The notes under the pieces were generated by a model. It worked only from the letters and a program-made list of their open reading frames with translations, ran no database searches and was not told the origin of the DNA. Source: an uncultured delta proteobacterium (GTDB lineage: Bacteria > Desulfobacterota > Binatia > UBA9968). Taken from it: a DNA stretch of 64,000 nucleotides. Position 1 is the stretch's first letter. Every line of letters starts with the position of its first letter. Positions 1-9,187 of this stretch are shown here, one piece after another. Both the position numbers and the translations under genes were made by a program. The DNA is taken from positions 32,001 to 96,000 of the forward strand of contig CAWJBB010000062.1 in NCBI GenBank assembly GCA_963840855.1. The letters run 5' to 3'.

Positions 1-1503
1 GGTCACGGTCTTCGGCAGGTCGTCGACGAATTCGACCCAGCGCGGGTACTTGTAGGGGGCGAGTTTGCTTTTCACAAGGTTCTGCAGGCCTACGCGCAGT
101 TCGTCGCTGGGCTTGTATTCGCTCTTCAGTACCACGTAGGCTTTCGGCTTCAGCAGACCGTCGGAATCTGCGGCGCCGATCACTCCGGACTCAAGCACCG
201 CAGGGTGCTCCATGAGCGTATTTTCGATCTCGATCGGCGACACCCATAGTCCTCCAACTTTCATCATGTCGTCGGAGCGGCCGCAATACCAATAATAACC
301 GTCGGCGTCGCAATAATACATGTCCCCGGTCTTCAACCACTCGCCCAGCATCATGCGTTTGGTCTGCTCATGCTTGTTCCAGTAGTACGGCGCGGTGGCG
401 TCGCCTCTCACCAGCAGGTTGCCGACTTCGCCAACGGGGACTTCGCGTCCCTCGTCATCGACGACCTTCGCTTCAAACGCTGGAGTGACCTGGCCGCTGC
501 TGCCGGCCTTCGCTCTTCCCGGCCGATTGGCAAGAAAATCATGCGTCGCTTCAGTCGAACCGACGACGTCCAGAAGTTCCAATCCTGTTCGTTCCTTCCA
601 TTGATGGAAAATCGCCGGCGGTAAGGGCTCGCCGGATGAAAGACAGATGCGCAAAGAACTCAGGTCGTATTTCTTTTCGACGCGCAAAAACCGCGCGAAA
701 AGAGTTGGCACGGAGAAAAAGAAAGTCGGTTTGTACCTTTCGATGACCTGAAGAATTTTTTCCGGATCGGGCTTTTCCGGCCACAGCACGGTGGAAGCGC
801 CAAAGCGGAAGGGAAAATAGAGAGAATTGCCCAAGCCGTAGGAGAAAAACATCTTCGACGCCGAGAAGCACAGGTCCTTTTCATTCATTCCCAGCACGGG
901 TTTCACGAAGAGATCGCTGATCGTAATCATGTCGTGCTGCAAGTGGACAGCACCCTTTGGGTTGCCCGTGCTTCCCGATGTATAGCCCCAGAAGCAAACG
1001 TCGTCGCGCGTGGTCTTCTCAGCTTCCAGCTTCTCAGAGGCCCTGGCGATCATGCCCTCGTAGGCAAGCGCCTTGCCTCTAGGCGTGCCGACGACGATGA
1101 TATGCTTCAGAAAGGGCGTCGCGTCCCTGATCTTTTCGATTTCTGGAAACGTCGATTCGTGAACGATAATCGCCTGCGCCCGGCTGTCGTTGATCAGATA
1201 CTCATAATCCTTGGCGAACATCCAAGGGTTGGTGGGAACCGCCACGGCGCCGATCTTGATGGCGCCGAAAAAACTATAGGCGAATTCGGGCGAATCCGGC
1301 AAAATCACCAGGACACGGTTCTCAAACCCTATGCCAAGTTCTTTTAGCGCGTTGCCGGTGCGGTTAACTTTCTCGAAGACTTCCTGGTAGGTAATCTTCT
1401 GATCTTCGTAGTAGATGGCGACCGTGGCGCCGCGACCTTCGGCGATGTTGTTGTCGATGAAGGTCGTGGCGGCATTATAAATTTCAGGCAGGTCGACTCT
1501 CAT
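1..1503 (-). CDS. Benzoate/aryl-CoA ligase family AMP-binding enzyme (3' end runs off the window)
   Basis: Manual translation: MRVDLPEIYNAATTFID..., AMP-binding motif WGYTSGSTGNPKGAVH, LDVVGSTEATH, and C-terminal KYPRWVEFVDDLPKTVT. Not in the ORF track because its stop is outside the window. Confidence 0.88.
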   Translation of the reverse strand, partial: MRVDLPEIYNAATTFIDNNIAEGRGATVAIYYEDQKITYQEVFEKVNRTGNALKELGIGFENRVLVILPDSPEFAYSFFGAIKIGAVAVPTNPWMFAKDYEYLINDSRAQAIIVHESTFPEIEKIRDATPFLKHIIVVGTPRGKALAYEGMIARASEKLEAEKTTRDDVCFWGYTSGSTGNPKGAVHLQHDMITISDLFVKPVLGMNEKDLCFSASKMFFSYGLGNSLYFPFRFGASTVLWPEKPDPEKILQVIERYKPTFFFSVPTLFARFLRVEKKYDLSSLRICLSSGEPLPPAIFHQWKERTGLELLDVVGSTEATHDFLANRPGRAKAGSSGQVTPAFEAKVVDDEGREVPVGEVGNLLVRGDATAPYYWNKHEQTKRMMLGEWLKTGDMYYCDADGYYWYCGRSDDMMKVGGLWVSPIEIENTLMEHPAVLESGVIGAADSDGLLKPKAYVVLKSEYKPSDELRVGLQNLVKSKLAPYKYPRWVEFVDDLPKTVT

Positions 1504-1586
1504 GCGTCCTCGCTGCGCGAGGAATCGCAAATTTCTGATCTCATATTTAAACCGTGAGATCTGTCATTTGAGATCCGTGGAGCGGC

Positions 1587-3059
1587 TCATTCGCCGCCGA
1601 TGATCTCTGAGTTGGTCTCAGTGGCGATAACGACCGATTTCGAGTCCGTGTAGTGCTCGATGGCTTCGTCACCGTGCTCTTTGCCGAGGCCGCTTTGCTT
1701 GACGCCGCCGAAGGGCAGTTCGTCGTAGATGATTTGCGCTGAGTTGACCCAAGTGTAACCGGCTTCGATGTTTTCAGCTCCGTACATGGCACGGTTGATA
1801 TCGCGGGTCCAGATCGACGAGCCCAGGCCGAAAATCGAGCCATTCGCTTGCTCGATGGCCTGGTCGAGATTCTTCACGCGCACGATCGGCAGCGCCGGTC
1901 CAAAGACCTCCTCCTGGATCATTCGCGCCCCGGGATCGACATCGGCGACTAGGGTCGGCTGGAGATAGAAACCTTTGTCATACTCATCGCCTTTGGGCCG
2001 TTGGCCGCCGAAGATAACTTTAGCGCCGCGCTTCACTGCGTCTTCCACTTGCTCTTCCACTTCTTGGCGCTGTTCTTTAGTATGCAGCGGACCCATCAAG
2101 GTACCCTTGGCCAAGCCGTTGCCAACACCGATTTTCTGCGCTTTCTCAACCAGTTTCGCCATGAAATCGTCGGCAATATTATCGAACAAATACAAGCGTT
2201 TAACGGCCAAACAAGCCTGACCACAGTTGAAGAAACGGCCGACCGAAGCGGCGCTGACGGCGCGATCAATATCAGCGTCGTCGCAAACGATCATCGGATC
2301 GCTGCCGCCCAACTCCAGCGTCACATGCTTGAAATCTTTAGCGGCGGACTGCATGACGCGCCGTCCGGTGTCCGTCGCGCCGGTGAAGCCGATCTTGCGC
2401 ACGGTGGGATTCACGAGCAGTTCTTCGCCGATGACGCTGCCCGGACCCGTGACGACGCTGAGCACGCCTTTGGGCCCACCGGCGTCTTGGATCGCCTTGT
2501 CGATGATTTCGCAACAGCGGAGATCGGTCAGCGGCGTTGTGCCGGCTGGCTTGACGACCACGGTATTGCCTGCAAGCAGTGCCGGCCCGAGCTTGTTGCC
2601 CATTAGCGATACCGGAAAATTCCATGGCACGATGGAGCCGCAGACGCCGAGGGGCTTACGCAGCACTATGCCATGGCGGCCGGTGTCGAGCATGACTGCG
2701 CTGGTGCGCATGGTCTTCGCCATTCCCCCGTAATGATCCAAAGTATGCACGAAACGGCGGATTTCCAGAATCGATTCGCGCATCGGCTTGCCTTGTTCCT
2801 TGGTCAGCAAGGTCGCGAGTTCCTTTTCCTCTTGGAGAATCGTATGACCTGCGGCCAGTAAAACTGCGCCGCGCTTGGATGGGGCCATCGCGGACCATTT
2901 CTTGAGAGCGCTTTTCGCGCCGTCGATGGCGCGCCGGATATCGTTGACAGTTCCTTTGGGAACGCTGTCGACGACTTCTCCGGTCGCCGGGTTTTTAATC
3001 GCCGTTGTTTCCCGGCTTTCCGAGTCGACTAACTCGCTGGCGATCAGCATTCTTGCCAT
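1587..3059 (-). CDS. NAD(P)-dependent aldehyde dehydrogenase
   Basis: PWNFP, GFTGAT, LELGGSDP, FFNCGQAC (catalytic Cys), EEVFGP, PFGGVKQSG. Start placed at MARML after a GGAGG RBS. Confidence 0.93.
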   Translation of the reverse strand: MARMLIASELVDSESRETTAIKNPATGEVVDSVPKGTVNDIRRAIDGAKSALKKWSAMAPSKRGAVLLAAGHTILQEEKELATLLTKEQGKPMRESILEIRRFVHTLDHYGGMAKTMRTSAVMLDTGRHGIVLRKPLGVCGSIVPWNFPVSLMGNKLGPALLAGNTVVVKPAGTTPLTDLRCCEIIDKAIQDAGGPKGVLSVVTGPGSVIGEELLVNPTVRKIGFTGATDTGRRVMQSAAKDFKHVTLELGGSDPMIVCDDADIDRAVSAASVGRFFNCGQACLAVKRLYLFDNIADDFMAKLVEKAQKIGVGNGLAKGTLMGPLHTKEQRQEVEEQVEDAVKRGAKVIFGGQRPKGDEYDKGFYLQPTLVADVDPGARMIQEEVFGPALPIVRVKNLDQAIEQANGSIFGLGSSIWTRDINRAMYGAENIEAGYTWVNSAQIIYDELPFGGVKQSGLGKEHGDEAIEHYTDSKSVVIATETNSEIIGGE

Positions 3060-3214
3060 ACGGGATCCTCCCTCTTGTGTCAGAACCTCAAAAACAATCA
3101 TTTTCATAGGACGATGTCAAGAAATCGGCCGGCACAAATAGGGCCAATTGGCGAGAAACGGCAGCGCAAATTGCCTTTAACAATCGCGCGCATTTAGCTT
3201 ACTATGCAGTAAGA

Positions 3215-3361
3215 CACAAAGGGTTCAATTTGTGGGTCGGGGGATTGATCACTGCGGTCCGGGAGATCCATAACGGCTCGGTCCGCGTCCCCCATAGCGA
3301 TCAAGTTAGACATTGACTGGCGGCCGAAATACGACTAATGCTTTCGACGCCGCTACAGGAG
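3215..3361 (+). promoter_or_regulatory. Candidate structured 5' leader (cis-regulatory RNA) of the tandem-cupin gene
   Basis: Complementary segments GGGGGA/TCCCCC, GCGGTCCGGG/CTCGGTCCGC, TTGATCACT/AGCGATCAA and TGGCGGC-CGAAA/TTTCG-GCCGCTA, the last ending right before the CAGGAG RBS. No known riboswitch consensus recognised. Confidence 0.35.
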
Positions 3362-3369
3362 CCATCATC

Positions 3370-4236
3370 ATGATCGATAAATTCATCGTTAAGGCGAGAC
3401 CGGGAGTCCTCGGCGGCAAACACGAAGAGAAGCGCCCGCTGCGCCAACTCAGCGTGCTGCCGGTAAAGCGGCATGTGTTTATCAATCGCGACTCCCATCC
3501 GGATGCCGACATCTACGTCGCGATTCATGAAGCGAAAGACCTGCCGTCGCCGGTGCCTGATTATCAGGTTCCTCATTGTCACAACACCGATGAGTTCTAT
3601 TACTTCATCGGCAATAACCCCGATCTCACGGGCCTCGAAGGGCAGATCATCTTCGAAGGCAAAGTTCACAAAATCATCTCGCCGGCCTGTGTCTATATCC
3701 CTACCGGCGCGGTGCATGAATACAAAGTCACCAAGGGCGCGGGAACCGTGACAGTGCTATTCCGCAATCGCGGCTACACGCATGAAGACAAGCCCTTCGA
3801 TGTCGCTAGAGGTGAGCGCGATTTTACCAAGTATGCCGGCTACATTTTCCAGCCCGAAGTGCGTCCGGCGACCGAAATCAAATATCACACCGACGCCGCG
3901 CCTGGCGTGCGTTACGTGTTCGTCGATGGTAAGCTCAAGCCCGAGGCGGATTTTTACACCGTGGTGCGCAGCGTCGTTGACGTTAAGCCAACACAGCGAA
4001 ATTATGTGGATAAACATACCCATAATTGCGACACGCAGCATATCGCCATCGGCACTGGACCGGAACTGACCGGGCTCAGGATCGAGTTTCAGATTCATGA
4101 CGAAAAAATCGTCGCCGAGAGTCCCGTGGGCGTGAATATCCCGGCGGGAACGCCGCACTCACAGCGCATCGTTGAAGGATCAGGGCACTTCTTCAACTTC
4201 GTGCCAAAGGCGAATTACAACGACGGCTTGATGTGA
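3370..4236 (+). CDS. Uncharacterised tandem (bi)cupin protein
   Basis: Two internal repeats: PHCHNTDE...SPACVYIPTGAVH and KHTHNCDT...SPVGVNIPAGTPH. ATG 3370 follows AGGAG. Confidence 0.75.
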   Translation: MIDKFIVKARPGVLGGKHEEKRPLRQLSVLPVKRHVFINRDSHPDADIYVAIHEAKDLPSPVPDYQVPHCHNTDEFYYFIGNNPDLTGLEGQIIFEGKVHKIISPACVYIPTGAVHEYKVTKGAGTVTVLFRNRGYTHEDKPFDVARGERDFTKYAGYIFQPEVRPATEIKYHTDAAPGVRYVFVDGKLKPEADFYTVVRSVVDVKPTQRNYVDKHTHNCDTQHIAIGTGPELTGLRIEFQIHDEKIVAESPVGVNIPAGTPHSQRIVEGSGHFFNFVPKANYNDGLM

Positions 4237-4270
4237 ACTCCATTAATTTCTCGCTTAAGGAGCGCGTCCA

Positions 4271-4825
4271 ATGAACAACGATAAAAATGCCGGCGCGGTT
4301 TTCGGCGGCGGTTGTTTCTGGTGTGTTGAAGCAGTCTTCGATGAGCTGCGCGGCGTGCATTCCGTGGTCTCCGGCTACGCCGGCGGCACGACGAAGAATC
4401 CGACCTATGAGCAGATCTGCGGCGGGCGCACCGGACATGCCGAAGTGATAAAGATCGAGTTCGACCCCGGCCAGATATCGTTTCGGGACCTGATGACGGT
4501 CTTCTTCGCGACGCATGATCCGACAACCCTCAACCGTCAAGGCAACGACGTGGGTACGCAATACCGCTCGGCGATTTTTTATGCCGACGAAGACCAGAAA
4601 CAGGAAGCCGCAGCATTCATCAAAGAACTCGATGAGGCCAAGACGTTCAAAAATTCGATAGTCACGACTCTAGAGCCATTGACGGAATTCTATGCCGCCG
4701 AGGATTACCATCAGAAATATTTCGCCAATAACCCGTACCAGCCCTATTGCCAGTCCATGATCCCGCCCAAGTTGAACAAGCTGCACAAGCAATTTTCCGA
4801 GCTGCTGAAATCACATGGCAAGTAG
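4271..4825 (+). CDS. msrA: Peptide-methionine (S)-S-oxide reductase
   Basis: [34 protein letters not shown]. Confidence 0.97.
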   Translation: MNNDKNAGAVFGGGCFWCVEAVFDELRGVHSVVSGYAGGTTKNPTYEQICGGRTGHAEVIKIEFDPGQISFRDLMTVFFATHDPTTLNRQGNDVGTQYRSAIFYADEDQKQEAAAFIKELDEAKTFKNSIVTTLEPLTEFYAAEDYHQKYFANNPYQPYCQSMIPPKLNKLHKQFSELLKSHGK

Positions 4826-4900
4826 GAGCGAGCGGCATATCAAAGACTATTCGTTGCTTTTTCTTTCCCTTTCTAAAGAGGGCGGCGTGGTTTATTTGTG

Positions 4901-7153
4901 ATGGCACTTTCCGCTCATGACAACCTGGGACCGGACCTGCGCAGGCGAAGGTTGGTGATCGTATCCAACCGCTTGCCTTTCAATGTCAGCGTAGACGATG
5001 GCCGCCTAGTGTTCCATTCAAGCGCCGGCGGGCTGGTCACCGGCCTGGCATCCTTTCGGGAGTCGCTCCAACAGGGTGTGGCCCTGCCGCCGGAACACCT
5101 TTGGGTCGGTTGGCCGGGTAACAGTGTCGATGCTCTGCTGCGCGAAAGCGTCGTCGAGGAAGCTCGGAGCCGTTTCCAGTCTTATCCCGTGTTTCTCTCC
5201 GAAGAGCAGATGGAACAATTCTACCAAGGGTTCTGCAACTCAACGATCTGGCCACTGTTTCATTATTTCCCTTCATATACAATTTACCAACCGCCGCTTT
5301 GGCAGACGTACAAACAGATTAATGGGCTTTTTGCCGACGCTCTTGACGCCATTCTTAAGCCGGATGACGTCGTTTGGGTTCACGACTATCACTTGATGTT
5401 GTTGCCTCGACTCTTGAAAGCGCGCCGACCTCAATTGTCGATAGGCTTTTTCTTGCATATTCCATTTCCTTCCTTCGAGGTGTTTCGACTTCTGCCGGGA
5501 GAGTGGCGCCGTGAAATATTGGACGGACTGTTAGGAGCAGACGTCATCGGTTTCCACACCTATGAATATACCCACCATTTTCTCCAATCCGTGCTGCGCA
5601 TTTTCGGCTACGAACATCACATGGGCCAAGTGCTGGTCGCGGACCACGCCGTCAGAGTCGACACGTTTCCCATGGGCATCGATTTCGAAAAGTTTACACG
5701 AGCTACCGCTGAAAGTGATACCGAGAGCGAGCGGCGTAATCTCAAAGATGCATTGTCCGGAGTGAAACTTGTCCTCTCCGTGGATCGGCTGGATTATTCC
5801 AAGGGTATTCCGAACCGCTTGGAGGGCTACGAGCTGTTTTTGGAAACCTATCCGGAATTTCAAGGTAAAGTCGCGCTCCTCATGGTGGTGGTCCCGTCGC
5901 GTATCGGCGTGATGCAGTATGATTTGATGAAGCGGCAGATTGAAGAACTGGTCGGCAAGATCAACGGTCGTTTCGGGCGCGTGGGTTGGACTCCGGTGAT
6001 CTATCAGTACCGGCACGTGCCGTTCACCTCGTTGGCGGCGCTTTACGCCGTTAGCGACGTCTGCCTGGTTACGCCGCTCAGGGACGGCATGAACCTCATT
6101 GCAAAAGAATATTTAGCCACAAGAGGCGATGAATCGGGGATGCTGATACTGAGCGAGATGGCCGGCGCCGCGAAGGAACTGCCGGAAGCGATCATCATCA
6201 ATCCCAATAACCGAGCGGAAATCGCCATGGCTTTGAAAGAGGCGCTGGAAACGCCGGTCGAGGAGCAACAGAAACGCAATCGGATTATGCGACGTCGGTT
6301 GCAACGCTATGACGTAACCCGTTGGGCCGGCGACTTTTTGACTGTTCTTTTGGGCATGAGGGAAATTCAGAACCGCATCGAATCCAAGCTCTTGTCGTCG
6401 TCGGCATCAACGGCTATCCGCGAGCGTTACCAAAACAGCCTCCGCCGGCTGCTGTTCCTCGATTACGACGGCACCCTGACACCGTTGGTTCGAACCCCCG
6501 CGCTGGCCGCACCCGATGAGAAAATCATCAAACTCTTGAATACACTGTGCGCCGATTCAAGAAACAGCGTTGTCATCACCAGCGGACGAGACCGTCGAAC
6601 GCTGGAAGGATGGTTCCGTGATATACGGCTAGGATTGGTCGCGGAACACGGCGCCTGGCTTCAGCCCGCTGGCGAATCGTGGCAACGGGCGAAAACGGCG
6701 GCGAGCGAGTGGAAGTACGACTTACTTCCCACGCTCGAGACTTACGCGGATCGATTGCCCGGGAGCTTTGTCGAAGAGAAGGAAGAATCGGTGGCCTGGC
6801 ATTACCGCTTGGCCGATCCGGAACAAGCGGAACTACGAGCGGCTGAACTGGTCGATCACCTCCTCAATCTGACCGGGAAAACCGATCTGCAGGTGGTCCA
6901 AGGAAATAAGGTGGTGGAGATCCGGCGGGCGGGTCTCGACAAAGGAAATGCCGCTGCGCTCTGGATGAGCAAGAGCAACTATGATTTCATCCTAGCGATC
7001 GGCGATGACGCGACGGACGAGGACTTGTTCAGATCCATGCCGGTGGCGGCAGTATCGATCCGAGTCGGAGTTTCGGGAACACATGCGCAGTATAACATTC
7101 GGAATTGCGCTGAGGTGATCGATCTGCTTTTCTTGCTGGCTGCTCAGAACTGA
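4901..7153 (+). CDS. Bifunctional trehalose-6-phosphate synthase/phosphatase (GT20 + HAD; OtsA-OtsB fusion)
   Basis: VSNRLP, WVHDYHL, FFLHIPFP, DRLDYSKG, DGMNL; C-terminal HAD motifs LDYDGTL and GDDATDED. Confidence 0.95.
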   Translation: MALSAHDNLGPDLRRRRLVIVSNRLPFNVSVDDGRLVFHSSAGGLVTGLASFRESLQQGVALPPEHLWVGWPGNSVDALLRESVVEEARSRFQSYPVFLSEEQMEQFYQGFCNSTIWPLFHYFPSYTIYQPPLWQTYKQINGLFADALDAILKPDDVVWVHDYHLMLLPRLLKARRPQLSIGFFLHIPFPSFEVFRLLPGEWRREILDGLLGADVIGFHTYEYTHHFLQSVLRIFGYEHHMGQVLVADHAVRVDTFPMGIDFEKFTRATAESDTESERRNLKDALSGVKLVLSVDRLDYSKGIPNRLEGYELFLETYPEFQGKVALLMVVVPSRIGVMQYDLMKRQIEELVGKINGRFGRVGWTPVIYQYRHVPFTSLAALYAVSDVCLVTPLRDGMNLIAKEYLATRGDESGMLILSEMAGAAKELPEAIIINPNNRAEIAMALKEALETPVEEQQKRNRIMRRRLQRYDVTRWAGDFLTVLLGMREIQNRIESKLLSSSASTAIRERYQNSLRRLLFLDYDGTLTPLVRTPALAAPDEKIIKLLNTLCADSRNSVVITSGRDRRTLEGWFRDIRLGLVAEHGAWLQPAGESWQRAKTAASEWKYDLLPTLETYADRLPGSFVEEKEESVAWHYRLADPEQAELRAAELVDHLLNLTGKTDLQVVQGNKVVEIRRAGLDKGNAAALWMSKSNYDFILAIGDDATDEDLFRSMPVAAVSIRVGVSGTHAQYNIRNCAEVIDLLFLLAAQN

Positions 7154-7163
7154 CGCCGACTTC

Positions 7164-7237
7164 AGTTGAAGGAGCTGCACACGCAGTTCTCAGCGTTGTT
7201 GAAGTCCCATGATGGGACCGGTAACTTTTTGATCTGA
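7164..7237 (+). pseudogene. Diverged duplicate of the msrA 3' end
   Basis: 7164-7211 matches 4770-4817 at 37/48 nt by manual alignment; reads LKELHTQFSALLKSH versus [15 protein letters not shown]. Confidence 0.75.
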
Positions 7238-7409
7238 CGCGCCAAGTCATAGCTCAGCCGGTAGGGTCGCTAGAGCTTGCATAAATCTGCCTGAAGGTTA
7301 AATCTTCATATAGCGGGAGATTTTCCTTCAGTCCATGAACGGCACCTAGATTCTCGGTCCATTCCCTAGAAAAACGCATGGGAATTTGTCAATGTTCTAA
7401 ATCAGGGGT

Positions 7410-7425
7410 TGGCACTACATTTGCT
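7410..7425 (+). promoter_or_regulatory. Sigma-54 (-24/-12) promoter
   Basis: TGGCAC-TACAT-TTGCT, consensus sequence and spacing, intergenic, upstream of the ExeA-like gene. Confidence 0.6.
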
Positions 7426-7557
7426 CGAAATAAGATAGTGATCCCGGTTTCTCGGGATATTGTCGTGATGGTCGAATCCGACCATTCCCAAAGGAAGTAA
7501 CGTCGGAACCGACATCCCAACGCTGGTTACTTCCTATTGCGGCCACGCGAGGGTTTT

Positions 7558-8808
7558 ATGTATACAGAGCATTTCGGATTTTGCGCGTTGGCTTTCACCG
7601 ATGCGCCGGAGCCGCACTCCTTCTACTGGAATCCGGTTTATCAGACCGCTTTCGTCAACTTGCGCCACGGCGTCCTGGCCAAGAAAGGGGTTATTGTCCT
7701 GACCGGCGCAACTGGAACGGGGAAGACGGTACTGCTGCGAAAATTATTCGACGATCTCGGTCCCTCAGTGAAACCAATTTGGGTTGTAGGCAGCGGAGAT
7801 TCAGTCGCCGGCGTGTTGAGGACGGCCCTGTCCGAATTGAACATAAAGCCCGAGAGTGCCGAACCAACGGCAATGATCGACGCGCTCCATCGCTTTCTGA
7901 TCCAGAGTGCCAATAGCAAAAACATCATTTGCATAATCATTGAAGGGGCGCAAAATTTGGATAGCGAAACCCTCGAGGGTTTGAGACAGGTGTCCAATTT
8001 CGAAGCGGAAGGGCAGAAGCTATTGCAACTCATCCTTGTGGGCCAGCCCGAATTCATAAAAACGCTAGATGATCCGGAACGTCGGTCGTTGAAGCAGCGT
8101 GTAGCCTTGTTCTGCCGGTTGTTCCCGCTGAGCCAAAGCGAGGTGGGCCGCTATATTGAGTTCCAGCTTGATGCGGCGGGTTATCAAGGCCAGAGGCTAT
8201 TCGATCCCAGCGCCGTAGCGCGCATCGCGCATTACTCTGGGGGAATCCCGCGTTTGGTGAATACCATTTGCGACAATGCTCTACGCACCGCGTGTCGCAG
8301 TTTACGAAAAGAAGTTTCCCAAAAACTCATCGACGAGGTCGCTATGGACATGCAGCTCGTAGATCACCAACGAGCGAGCCCAGCGGCGGTATTCGATAGG
8401 GAAAGCTGGATTAACCGCAAAGAGCCGCCTCCGGACTCACAAATCGAGACCGTGTGGTCGAATTTCCAGTTCGATCGCGCGCCGCCACAGTCCACCATGA
8501 TCGCGAGGCCGCCGAGGCGGAGAGTCACTGGCATGATCGGCGCCGCGCTGCTTGCGCTCATTACAATTGGAGCTGCCGGCTGGGCCGTCCATGTCCAGGA
8601 AGCCATGCCGTTTCTGGAGTACTTAAAAGCCCAGGTGGAGGTGGTTCAATCGGGGTATGGGCACTTGGACGGAAGCGCCAAAAGCGAAACAGCAAATCAA
8701 TCATCGCTGCAGCAAACAGCCGTGGCCGATCGCAGCTCGGCGGCATTGGACGGCGCCGAGCCCAACGTAGGAGCGATAGCCGAGAGCGGAAAATTTGCGC
8801 GAACCTGA
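7558..8808 (+). CDS. ExeA/GspA-like AAA ATPase with a transmembrane helix; possibly frameshifted from the downstream BON domain
   Basis: MYTEHFGF N-terminus, Walker A GATGTGKT, LILVGQPE, SGGIPRLVNTICD; Walker B altered to IIEGAQ; TM segment near the C-terminus. Confidence 0.8.
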   Translation: MYTEHFGFCALAFTDAPEPHSFYWNPVYQTAFVNLRHGVLAKKGVIVLTGATGTGKTVLLRKLFDDLGPSVKPIWVVGSGDSVAGVLRTALSELNIKPESAEPTAMIDALHRFLIQSANSKNIICIIIEGAQNLDSETLEGLRQVSNFEAEGQKLLQLILVGQPEFIKTLDDPERRSLKQRVALFCRLFPLSQSEVGRYIEFQLDAAGYQGQRLFDPSAVARIAHYSGGIPRLVNTICDNALRTACRSLRKEVSQKLIDEVAMDMQLVDHQRASPAAVFDRESWINRKEPPPDSQIETVWSNFQFDRAPPQSTMIARPPRRRVTGMIGAALLALITIGAAGWAVHVQEAMPFLEYLKAQVEVVQSGYGHLDGSAKSETANQSSLQQTAVADRSSAALDGAEPNVGAIAESGKFART

Positions 8809-9118
8809 AGAATCGGTGCCGGCGCAGCAAAAGTCTCAGGAAGAACGGAAAGATAATCAAATTCACAGCCCGGCAAGGTCAGCGAGAAAAGACCGGCCGG
8901 GCCAAGATCCCGCTGTGAGAAGAAGATTTCTCGAAATCGAAATTCACAGGGCGATTCAAAATCGCGCCATCGAAGGTGTATCGGTGAAGCTTATCAACGG
9001 TACAGCTTATCTCGATGGACAAGTGGCCTCGGAAACGCAAAGGTCCATGGCGGAACGCGCAGCACTCGGCGTGGAGGAAGTGGCGAGCGTGGAAAATCAT
9101 ATCCAGATCCGCCCGTAG
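8795..9118 (+). CDS. BON-domain protein, or the C-terminal part of the upstream ExeA-like gene
   Basis: VSVKLINGTAYLDGQVASETQRSMAERAALGVEEVASVENHI is a typical BON domain; overlaps the upstream stop in the +1 frame. Confidence 0.65.
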   Translation: MREPEESVPAQQKSQEERKDNQIHSPARSARKDRPGQDPAVRRRFLEIEIHRAIQNRAIEGVSVKLINGTAYLDGQVASETQRSMAERAALGVEEVASVENHIQIRP

Positions 9119-9187
9119 CGGCGTGTTTCAGCGCAAGCTACGGGCTTACATCACACCCCAGCGTGTCGTATACGTTTGGCTAATTTT

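Noticed and set aside
3313-3360. ZMP/ZTP riboswitch (TGACTGGCG) or fluoride riboswitch
   Set aside because: The other conserved elements (CCACnGGGGAG and CGCCTGGG, or GATGGnGTTC) are absent.
4005-4013. DnaA box TGTGGATAA as an oriC marker
   Set aside because: Single copy inside a coding region; no box cluster or dnaA seen.
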